DNA of 64,000 bases from Amphiscolops sp. MND2022 (taxonomy: Eukaryota), in the NCBI GenBank assembly GCA_964187785.1, contig OZ076409.1, forward strand, positions 2,480,001 to 2,544,000, written 5' to 3'. The number at the start of each line of letters is the position of its first letter. Position 1 is the stretch's first letter. The notes under the pieces were generated by a model. That model had not been told where the DNA came from. It was given only the letters and a program-made list of their open reading frames with translations, and did no database searches. Of the stretch, positions 13,101 to 24,400 are shown in pieces. A program made the position numbers and the translations under genes.

Positions 13101-16100
13101 CAGAAAAATTGGTCATTAAAATATTGTGTTTTCGTTGGCATTACCTGTGACGTCAGAGGCGCGAAAGGGTTGTTGTAGGAGTTGCTGGTTTGAGAGGGCG
13201 ACATGGAGTTGAAAGGCTGTATTAAAGGGTTCGACGAGGGCATTCCCTGCATGCTTCCGGGACTGGCAGATCCGAAAGTACTAGTTGGGCCTGGACCACC
13301 GTTGTACATTTATACTTCTTGTTCTTTTTTATACACGTTGTTATATGGATGTTACAAGAAAAGCCCATGGACACACGTTAAGTAGGAACTAGCAATAACA
13401 TAGTTGAGTTGCCTCTCCAGAGTCGAATTGTTTAGAATCAAAAATGGCAAACAATTCTTTAGAGTCGAATCATTTAAGATCTAATTATACAGAATCGAAA
13501 ATGATATTTCATTTTATATTTAGAAACCGAAACTGGTTGTATGAATGGGCCTTTCGTCATCCGGGGCGATTTGCGCCCCTTCAGCTCGGCCTTTTTCAAA
13601 ACCTGCCGATAGTCAAGAAGTGGCACGTCGCTCCTGAATATCATCGTCGAGAAATCTAACGACCTCAAAATATAAACCCAACCTACTATTATTCCCGATA
13701 TAAACCCAAACTGATATTCCCGATATTTCAACCATTGAGAAGGTTTATTCTCGACAGTGATTTCGTCCTCAAATGAGGACAGCGAAGTTTTTCGCAATCA
13801 ATAAAAATTACGAAACACAGAAAACATATAGGAAACCGAAACGTTGTCATTTTATCAACAATATACTGGACTAACTGAGGCGAGTTGTATTTGTGTCAAT
13901 ATAGTTTTTTTCCGAGCGACCGGCACAAAAGTAAGTGAAAAAAGTGACAGTTTGCAATAAAATTCAATTGAAAAAAAATTGATTTTTCTCGATAACTGAG
14001 CAACTGGTTGCTAAGTTACTGTCCCACTCTAGTAACACAATCGGTCACCATTGAAAACGCATATAGAAGTTTTTCAATGAAGCTTTGGCTATAATTACGA
14101 CCATCATTTGAAAAGCGTTCTCACTCCAACAAGTGGCGCCAACTCCCAGCCTAACTAGTGTGCATTTGAATGCTTAGAAAGAGAGCTTTCAGGAACGAAA
14201 AACAGATTTGAACTGCGCCTCTTATTCGTGGAAAAGTGAAGCTTTGAAAAACATTTTGCCAAATTTTTGTCAATTTTTCACCTTCTCTGTGCACTGCCGA
14301 GGTTCTCTTAGCCGCGTGTTTGGTTTGCATGAGAATGTACAACAGTGGAGTGGCGCTTTCGTACCTAAGTTCATCTGGTTAAACTGTGACGTGAAAGCGT
14401 GGGGCGCAGCGCCCCCTTGCGGGAAATTGGGCGGGTGGGACACAGGCTGAGTGAGTAGAACTGAATGGCGATTGTTGAAGAAGTCCGCCGACTGTGGGGC
14501 CGCCGCCATCATGTTCCCGTTAGCCTGCAAAACCCAATATTAATTTTGTCGCCACAACCAGGGATGTAACCAGATTCTGATGAAAGCGTGTCATTTTAAC
14601 ACGTAAGGCGACAGTGTAGACATACAGTAGTGATATTACAAAAGCAATATGAGAAAATATGTTCTTTTTTAACAGTTAGTTGTGAAAAAAAAACGTTAAT
14701 TTTAGATGATTTACCTTGAAAACATGTTATTTTTTAACATTTTTTATTACGGTAAAAAAAAACGTTAATTTTAGATGATTTTGGTTTTTTTGATGTTATT
14801 TTTTTATTTTTATGGGCGTATATCGGGAAATAGCCTACTACTAGCAACAAAGCACGCGGAAAGAGTGCAAATAAACAAATCTCATTGGCTAAATAACGTC
14901 TCAGGCGCTCATTTCATTGGCCGAGAGCGATTTCCAAACATCACTTTTTAGTTTTTTGAATTTTTGACCCACTTACAATTTTTTGATTTCAGAGCAATTT
15001 TGACAGACAAATTCTCCTAAACATTTTGAATCTGACAATATAATTTTTTCTCGAAAATATTGTAAATTGTATTAGTACGAGCTTGTTTTAAGTGGCTATA
15101 TTTCAAAATCGTATCTTAATACATGTATTTTCGAAAAAACTCAATTTTACAGCGTATTTTCTTTGCGATTTTAGAATGATTTCTTAATCAAAACATATCA
15201 GGGGCTTCAGTTAAATCAGGGGTGCCAATTGAACAATCTAAGAAACTTTCACTTTTATCATTTTTCAAAATTCGCTGCTGTTTTAGAGATATTCGATTTT
15301 GAGATTTGCCTTTTGTTGCTTTTAATAATATCACTACTGTAGTTGCAAAGAAAGGAATACAAAATTGCCAAACCCTCTCCTCCGTTGAATAATTCAAATC
15401 TATCGCAAATTGGCAATTGCCGCATGTGCGGTGAAGTACCCTACCCCCAAACGGATTAAAATATTGAAAAACAAAGTACATTCTTTATTAACGCAGAATT
15501 ATCTTCAGGATTTCTCGACTAATTTTGGCTACGTTTCTCAGATCCCAGTCATACTATTTTGATGTTATTGCACACACAATGGCAAAAAATAGTTAGAATC
15601 GTATGGACAGTTTTTGAACAAATTTGAATCGGGAGAAAATGTACGAGTACATAAATAGTTGAAAATTTCTCTAAAAACTTAAAAAACTTCTAAAACCACA
15701 TTAGCCAAGCTGTGCTAAGCAAAGCAAAAATGATCGGATGCACACAAAACACGTTTTCTAGACATTAAGACGCTAGCCGATGTCACAACTTTCAAAAGTA
15801 CCATAACAGAACAAGTCGCACTTGAAAATGTTTGTGCATGTGACAAAATGCAATGTAAATCTCAGAAAACCTTTTCCTTCTTTTATTTATGGACCATGTT
15901 CATCGAAACCAAAAAAGCGTGATATTCAAATATGTAGCCCGAGCTAAAGGTGGGGCCTGTATTCTGTTAAGAAAAATTCAACATGAATCAAGTGACTTCG
16001 AGAAAACGTTCTGTAACTGGAACTACACCGAAAACATACCATTGAGTTCTACAAAACTGGGACCTAGTAAACTGGTTTTGAGCAGTAATAATCGCGAGTT

Positions 16101-19100
16101 AATATAATTTCATAGTTTTTTGTGAGTTAATATAATTCCATAACATTCCTGTTTTTGAGCAGTTTCCAAGGAAATGACACTGTGAATGACTAATTTCCAC
16201 AATGGGAATGACACTAATTAACTAACATAACTAATAAACACTAACATTGAATGCTCCTCCTCCGAAATTGGATTGGTGTTGTGAGAAGGAACCGTGGGCT
16301 TGACTCACAGGCTGACCGGGGAAAGAAGCATGGGAGGTGTTGGTAGTCTGGTTCCATTGATATGCTGATGGTACGTTAGCACCTGTGGAGAACGCGGGGC
16401 CCCCGGTCGACGGCAGACTGGGAGGCCCTGCTGTTCTGTACAACGATAGAATGTCCTGGTTCGTTTTCTTCCCACCCGAAGTTGCGCTAGATCTAAAACA
16501 AGACGGGAACGTCTCAAGTCGGCGCCCCACTTAAGGTTCAAAAAGGGCAAACTTTCAAAATACGCTCAAGAATTTTCTGGATGAAAAATTCACATAAAAG
16601 TGAGACCCTTATGCTCGCCGGTTTTGTATGTTACGTTCAAAAAGTAAAAAAAAATAAATTTTGAATCAAAAAACTTTGATAAGACAGCTGTATCAATGAT
16701 GAAAAGTTTTTTAACTGGACAGCCCAACGAGTAATATTACCTACAACTCAGTCCAATTGGATAGTTGTATCAGGGTGATCCACAAGGAACAGTGTTAGGT
16801 CCTTTGTTGTTCAATATTTATGAGTAGCAAACAGAATGAGATCGAACGACCAACTCAATTAACCCATCAACTATTACAGTATGCAGATGACACATTTGTT
16901 TGCAGCTGCAGACAAGGCTCAAACAAGTATTAAACAATTAGAGGAAAGCTGAAGATTTATTGAAATTTTTCCAAGCACATCGATTGAATATCAATACTAG
17001 CAAAACAGAATTTATAGTTTTGTCTAAACCATCAAGAACGAAGAGCTGGAAGAGCTCAGGTTGAAAATAGGAAATCATTAGATAAAACCAAAAGAATATG
17101 TAAAATAGTTGGGTATACATTTAGATCGACACCAGACACGCCAACAAGTGAAAAATATTTTACAAAAAATGGTCTGTGGAATTAAAACTATGTATTGCTT
17201 ATGAGGTTTCCTACAGCAAAAAAGAAAAAGTTTTGGTTCTAAAGTCCCTCGTGCTTGCTTTTACACTATTCCCCTATTCTTCATACTGGTATATCGCAGA
17301 ATCTTCTGATAACATCGGAAAAACTGTTAAATTGGGTAGAAAAGCCTGCTTTCATCGAAACTAGAATCACCACGTGATCTTAGAATCAGACACAAAATTT
17401 TGTCTATCAGGCACTTCTTGGATTACAAAACTATTCACCATTCATGGAAATGGAAATCTAATCTTTTAACTGCCTTTCGAGATAATGAAAATACCACAGC
17501 AAACTTCAATCAAGTGCGAACAAATAAGTTGGTCTATAACGCTTATTTTCCGAGTGACTTTATCCGGAAAAGTTTCTTCAAGAGAGCAATTCTTTTATGA
17601 AACACCCTACAACAAACACTTCCAAAAAAGAAAGAACCAATTGAAAATATGAAAGAAAAAACTAGACGTTACTTTACGGGAAAGTTTGTGAATGAATATG
17701 AAAATCCTCAATTTGGTGAGAAATGTTGGAAGGATTACCGTTTTAGATATTAATTAAATAATTTTTCATAATAATTTTGTATGTCTTATTTCTGTACACA
17801 CTGTTCATGTCATTTTAAAAGTTTATTTTAAACATGCATGTGAAAATTCAGCGGTTTTCTTTTTTAATGCCTTTGCAATATCTTGCCTTTTAATGCCTTT
17901 GCAATAGTACCCTTCACAATAACTTTGATGCGTTTCCCAGATATTCGTTTAGTTGAACAAACTGAACAAAAAAATCGTATCATTCGAGTCTGTCTTCATA
18001 TAAAAGCGACGAGTAAGAACAGAATTCGATCCTTCTAGAAGTGTAAACATCGAAATGAGAGCTTTCTCGTACACGTTTCTATTCGCAAAACCATTGTATA
18101 ACTGATAATAGGCCGCAAATAGATTGTCATTCGTCCTCGTTGTTTTGCGTCTTATATTTGAAGCAAACCTATACGGTAGAAATTTTATAGAAAGATATTT
18201 TAACACAGACAAAATTAGGATCATTACAATCATATAACTCGAATCAAATCAATCAGTTATTTCAAGAAGCCTTGATTTTTCCCTAATTTGATGATTGCTA
18301 AAAGTACAGTACATTTTTTGACCCCAATGATTGGGACAAACTGACGAAGGTATGAACATATTGTGTATCAGAATGTCAATGATACAGTAAAAAAACGATG
18401 GTCAAAAAACAAGCCGGGAACAGCCAACGTTGGATTATGGCCGATTGAGGTTCCACAAATATTGGCCACATGGAGGGAAATGAATATTGCGTTTCAAATG
18501 TCCTTTGTGGTCAGAAAAACAGAAATAACCAATAAAAATGTCTGAACTGTGCCATTATAGAGCAAAAATATTGTACGATAATGTGATTTTTTTTACTTTG
18601 AGCTTTCTTCCTCCGTGGCAAAGTTGGACCCAAAGAGATCGCCACCAGCAGTGTTTTGATTGAACAAGCTAGTTGCGTCATTGAACTGTGTCGAGTCGAA
18701 AACCAATCCCGCAAGATCTGAACTGTTTGATGAAGTGCTCGGCGCCGCTGAATTTGAAAAGCTGGGAGCTCCTTGAGTGTGCTGGGTGGCATTTCCTGCA
18801 ACCGAAGTTGAACTATTGACCGCAGCCGTCGTTGCTGAAGTTGAACTATTGACCTGAGAGCTGGTAGACGGCGCCGAAGGCGGAGATCCAAAGTTCAAAA
18901 GTTCATCTACATTTTGTTTAGGTGCAACAGGTTTCGATTGAACAGGTGCCGCATTCGATGCTGAGTTGGAACTAGGTTTCTCGTCTTTTTGAGACTTAGT
19001 ACCTGTGGACTCTGTAGGCCTTGTGCTGGCAGAGGAGCTAGGAGGCGCAGGGATTCCGCCCGAAGGTTTAGAAGCTGGCTTAGATCGGTTGCCTCCCATC

Positions 19101-20198
19101 TTGGCAAGATATTTTTCAATATCCACCTGAAACGGAAGGACAAACATTGTAACAAAACAAAGATACAGGCGAGATGTAGAAACGGCTCCTCTCTTTTGAC
19201 GGTGGCTCTAGACTATTTTGACAAAAGCTCCGGAGAACTTTTATTCTGAATGTGAGCAACTTTTCATCTCCGGCACTTCAAGTTAACTGCTCATTCACAT
19301 TCAAACACTATGCAATCATACGAATAGCACTGCCAAATTAATCGCATAAACTTAGCCTCGCGGTTGATGAAGGTCAAATGGAAACCAGTTTCTGAGCGAT
19401 ACATTATGAAATCCTATGTATTTGAACATGTTAAATGAATGATAGCTACCTTTTCGAAGTTGGAATCTTTGAGCTTCTGGGTGTCGGCATACATCTTTTT
19501 GTCATATTTGTTTCTGATAAACTGTTCAAGCGCGTAGTCTTCTTGGGGCCTTCGATGCCCAGGTGGAAGCTGAGCTTCGTAAATTTCGCGAGCTTTTTTG
19601 TTTCCCATTCTGAGGACGGACTCGATTTGCTCCGCTGTCCAAGCATCCAGATTTACACTCTTCACTTTTGAGATATGTACACCTATAGCAAAAAACTATT
19701 ACTACTACTGATTAAAACATGAAACATTGCCTTCAAAATCAGTATGTGGCTCAGATGCTAGAACAGGCTGTGAGTCTTTTCAACATTCAAATGCCAATTC
19801 AATATTAACTCTTCAGGCTCCTCAGAAACTGTTGACATTTTGAGCTCAAAAAATGCCAGTGACATCGTAAGAACAAAAACTTTCAATTCACATTGAAAAT
19901 TAGGGACATGCATAAACCACGAGATAGGTTAAACGGAAAATTTGATCTCTGCTAATGCGAATAGTTATTCGATTGAAGTCGAATTTCAACAATACCAGAA
20001 ATTCAACAACGACCTACCTAAATTCCGATGTATACCTGCACACCGGATGCAAAGAAAGATACCAAGATTCCATGACGCCCAGCGGGGACCTTTCGCGTCG
20101 CAATCACAGCAATATTTATTCTCGTCTACGGAATTGAGTAGATGAAGTAAAATTCTCTGATGATTTGCAGCAGCATTACTTTCACCTTTGCCAGGCAT
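7140..20198 (-). CDS. SMAP1/2: SMAP1/2-type ArfGAP, 8 coding exons: 20198-20018, 19682-19450, 19126-18597, 16492-16246, 14524-14365, 13290-13145, 9876-9612, 7408-7140 (2031 nt, ~676 aa)
   Basis: ArfGAP zinc finger ([46 protein letters not shown]...FIRNKY), SMAP-type DILSLY motif, Met/Gly/Pro/Gln-rich tail. All introns are GT-AG with compatible phases and the total length is divisible by 3. The 13290 acceptor is the least certain. Confidence 0.9.
8229..8447. mobile_element. Small MITE-like inverted-repeat element
   Basis: TCAATTGGACGACCGCTCA mirrored by TGAGCGGTCGTCCAATTGA. Confidence 0.55.
11586..11658 (-). pseudogene. tRNA-like sequence (pseudo-tRNA or SINE head)
   Basis: Minus strand GTGGCCCAGTTGGTAGCGCG (A box) and GGGTTCGAACCC (B box); acceptor stem imperfect. 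Confidence 0.5.
11800..12300. mobile_element. Two degenerate DINE-1-like copies in opposite orientation
   Basis: CTTAGATGTGGCGCCGACTT..GTCCCAGATTGTT end at ~12097 and the reverse end AACAAGCCGGGAACGG..GTCGGCGCC at ~12145; outer limits approximate. Confidence 0.5.
12561..12630 (+). pseudogene. tRNA-like sequence (pseudo-tRNA or SINE head)
   Basis: TGGCACAGTGG (A box) and GGTTCGATTC (B box) at tRNA-like spacing. Confidence 0.45.
16497..16650. mobile_element. DINE-1-like terminus abutting the SMAP exon 4 acceptor
   Basis: AACAAGACGGGAACGTCTCAAGTCGGCGC is the reverse complement of the family end seen at 3341 and 5785. Confidence 0.65.
16660..17750 (+). mobile_element. Decayed CR1/L2-group LINE RT fragment in SMAP intron 3, antisense to the host
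   Basis: [35 protein letters not shown] and VK*LGIHLD motifs, with stops and frameshifts; limits approximate. Confidence 0.8.
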
Positions 20199-20200
20199 CT

Positions 20201-20449
20201 CTGAAAACGAAATTTGAGTTAGATCACCATTAATATTAGCCTTTTGGCCGAAGCAAGGGATATTCTCCCAACTTTTTTCTCATTTATTTTTCTTTCAAAA
20301 TCAGATATCCTGGATCTTCCTCATTAAGTGCCATGTATATCATCACGTTGGGGGGAGAAGACACACACCCGCGGTCTGGAACGAAAGTAGGGAACCCCAT
20401 ACCAGCCACTGTTACAGTAACAAAAAAACAACCAACAAACTACTCATAC
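20201..20449 (-). other. Putative 5'-UTR intron of the SMAP gene
   Basis: Strong donor CAG|GTATGAGT at 20449 and acceptor ttttcag| two nt before the ATG. Confidence 0.6.
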
Positions 20450-20883
20450 CTGGCCACTATCTCAGTCGACCGGTAGAAACATTTATAAAAAAGCTGCAAT
20501 GATATAGAGGTTTAAAAAATTTACTATATGTAATAAATTTCTTCGAACGCATCTGTCGCTCACAGTTCCCAGAACACAGGCCGCATTGCCGCTCTGAAGA
20601 GCCATTGAAACCTGTTGCTTCAAAAAGCTGCCGGGTCGTAAATCGTCGTGCGAACGACAGCATTTTGCAGAGACGCGTGAAAGAAAATTCACTGCTCTCG
20701 CCTAAAAAAACCTCTGTAATTCCAAGGCCACCGGTTGAAAAATGTCTCCATTGTCTATTAATTCGCGATAATTCTCAACTTTACGCGCTTCGGATTCGGT
20801 GGTTCCCGGGTTGCATAAGGAGCATCGATTGCCGTGACATCCCACACCAGCTGTTTACCCATATCCCAAGGAATCATGGTAAC

Positions 20884-21024
20884 GGATACGGGACAATTTG
20901 CCGAAACACAATTTGCTGAAAATTGACTTAGAGACAATTTGCCGAATAATTTTCGGCAAATTGTCCTTCACGTTCGGCAAATTGGGTTTCGGCGAGTAGT
21001 CTTTCGGCAAATTGTCCCGTATCC
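20884..21024. mobile_element. Short MITE (second copy at ~63001-63141)
   Basis: TIR GGATACGGGACAATTTGCCGAAA / TTTCGGCAAATTGTCCCGTATCC. Confidence 0.75.
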
Positions 21025-21485
21025 TGTTTTTGCTCCTGCGAAGCGTTTAAAATAGATTAGATACTTCTCCTCACCTAATATGGGGTCATATACGCTGTAT
21101 GCACGCTCGCCCTCACCGTCGCATATATATAAATTCTAGGAAAGAATGCCTCTATTTGCAGGCCATGATTATACAAATATATGAAATTTACAAATGATCA
21201 TGATTTCTTTGCATCAGGTGAGTTTTCGTTTTCACAAATTACAGAAACGGGACGATTTTTTGATAAAGTCCAACAGGTTAATCATATCACTATGGCTTCT
21301 TTTTCTTATTAGTTCTTCAAATGACCCAAATTTTATGTGCTCCTTTCTCAAGTTATTGTAAAAACTGCAGTAAAAATATAAAATGCGCAGACGTCTCCTC
21401 GTGATTGCAGATACAGAGTGGTGACGATGTTCTTGATAATTGGTATTGAAAGTCTCGTAGATTGCATTGGTTTGTGAGCATCTCA

Positions 21486-24400
21486 TGTAACGTCCGGCTA
21501 GCGGCGCTCATCTAGGAAAAGGGAAAATGCCTAGGGTGCTTAAACAGGAGACCGTTGTCTTAATACATCCCTAGACACTAGTTTTTCTTCCCAAAATGGT
21601 CTCCTAGGGGGACTTTTCTATCGTCTAAGGAGTCTTCTCTAGTTAGAGCTCCGAAGCGACGCGCCGGCACTCTCAAAGTCCGGACACGCCCCACAAGCCT
21701 GTAAAAACGAATCCTAGGTTCCTAATGCGTTCCTACGAGTTCCTACATGCCTCCGAGGTCAAAACAGTGATTAGCTGGAAAACATCTTATTTGGCAAATG
21801 AGATATAAAAGGACCTAGAAGGGCAAACATCTTTCAAATACCAAAGGGGAAATATGGGGATAACAAAGAAAAACGGGGATAAGCCCCAGTTACTTTACAG
21901 TTTTCAAGCCATCGTTCGAAATACGTCTCTGGCAACCCTCATCGGATGTTGTTGACTTCCACAGGAGATGGCACAACACTCCGATAGTCGCTGTTTTGAT
22001 ATTTCTCGATCTTCTTGCATTCTTTCATCATTCTCAGCATTTTTTCTAGCACGTGCTCCATTTCTTGCTCGCTCTCCGCGTGTTCTCTCTTTTCTTTCAC
22101 GCCTTTTGTACCTGCTAGATCGGCCATCTTTCTTCTTCTATTTTGACATCGCACATTTCGAATTTTTCATCGAAATTTTGGTCATGCCGGTGGCAGACGT
22201 TACATCCTCCCCGGGCCGTAGTTTGTCGTCCTCGGCAAACGAGAGGATGGTAATACCCAGAGTCTGATAGCAATGCTGAGAGTTTTCCGAACACCTTGGG
22301 AAGGTTTCATTTTTTTACTTGTTTTTTTTTAATCTCCAAATTTCCCTTTTATTTCCTCGCATTAATGTCAGTCAGTCTTACGATAACTTAAGAATTTACT
22401 CGACAAAACTAAAAGCGTGGCAGACGATTTCAAAAATTACATGTAATTCCACGAACTTAAGTTAAAATCTTTTTCTCTAGAAGGTGCTCTGGCACTTCTC
22501 TGAGTAACAAAATTCGGGTCTTGGTAACAATGGTCAATTGTTGAGTTAGGGAGTGTGGGAACTGGCTCAGGGCCCACACGCACAGCATAGTTCAACTAAA
22601 ATTCTAAGCATGTAACAAGTATTGTTCAGGAACTCAGTGTTTTACCACCAACAAAAATGAAATGATCTAGGACCATTAGGATAAAGTTGTGTTCATTTAA
22701 GGGCAAGTCCTGGTGTTCACTTAATGGACGAGTCGGCATCAGTAGCTGCTCTTTCACTCATCGTTTTGGCTTTGTTGCGAGTCCGAAACGGATGAAGTCA
22801 CTGTGGACTGCTGATTTGTTGACGATTCCGCCACCAAGGGAGGATATTGCATTGACTCGTCGATGGTGAGCAAATTTTTCAACTCTGATTCAAAATCGGC
22901 AGCGTCCATTTGCGATATTCCCGTCTCGGGTTCATCTTGGGTAGGTGTCGCGCTGTCGGACAGAATGAAGTTATCGTCCGTCATGGGTTCATCATGGGTT
23001 TCCGCGGCGATGGATGAATTCTCCTGGTCTTCTTCCATTCGAGTTTCAGTTCCTTCCGAGGATAACCCACGGGGTATTGTTTGCTGTGACCTGCCGGGGG
23101 CAGCCGCATTTGTTGCATTATTTTCTTCGGTGATATTCCCCTGTGGGAAGTCAGGCAGCTTGTCGGCCAATTCTGGGTGGCCGTATTGTATGAATAAATT
23201 TTTGAAGGTCTCAATTCCACGTGCATAGTCTTCGCCAACAGAATCCCCTCGTTCTTTTTGTTTGCTGTGTAGATTCAGGAACATTTCCAGTGCGGCGCGC
23301 GGATTGCTTGGGACATCTGTACTGATTGGCAAGGTTTTTCTATTTGGTTCTTTTGCCACTGAGGGCGTCTTGGCCTTTATGCGCTGGGATGTCTGGTGAA
23401 CAGCTAAGTCCACCAAGTCTGGTTTCGACCAGCATGTTGTTGCTTGTAATATGTTGGATGGGTGTGCGCGGGGATTGGTTCGATTACAATACATCCTTGA
23501 AGCGTCACATACGTAAGGATACCGCAACCCGGTGGGGCTTTCGCCTCGCCTTCTGCCGCCTAATCTCTGGATCACAGTGGCTAAGATCCTTAAGATCACT
23601 TCTGTGCTCCAGTCTGCAAGGGAATGCGCTGCTCCTGTCGCTGGGTTCAGAGGGATATGTAGCCATGCAATTGGGTGGAATTCCATTAGCATCGGGAGGG
23701 CGCATCGCGCACGTGCTCTTATAATAGACGTGAAGTTGTGTTCTACCTGCTTTTTGTCTTTGATGATCGTGTAGGCCATGGGCGGTCGCAGGGAACTGAA
23801 GTTGGCTACTACTCTGCGGTAGGTGGGCTCCTGTTGGATTCCATCTGTTGTTACAAAGTGTAGTATGGAGTAGGTGGGAGTATTCGCTGCCATACGTAAG
23901 ACTTGGGTCGGGTATCTTAGTGCCATGACCGCGCCAAAGACTGGCCAGACAATGGGAGCTATTAGAGGTATTAAGTCCTCTGTTTCCACCAACATGAGAG
24001 TGGCCATTTGTGAGGGAAACAAGAAACCAGGGAGTTGATTAGGTTCTCTGTTGATGGCTGGGTTTTCATCCCGGGGATGCATAATACCTGCCACATTTAC
24101 CCAAGTCGAGTAAATCCACGTGAGGATAGCTTCAATATTCAGTTCTAGTTGTTTCTTCAATCGTAGGGGACCCGCTGGGTCCAAGGCGCCTAGGATTGCT
24201 TGCAGCCAGTTCTTCTGATTTTGCGCATATACCAGGTAGCTAAAGAGCGGTAGGTTCCCTTGTCAAAGATCAGCTTCTGCAAGATGCCTGAGGGTCCTCT
24301 GTAGACTACATGCATGTCGACTGCCATTAAATAGGCCAATATTTCGCTCATGGTGGCTTGTTGCTTTGCCTCTGCGTATAGGCGTACTTGTTGGTTGTCG

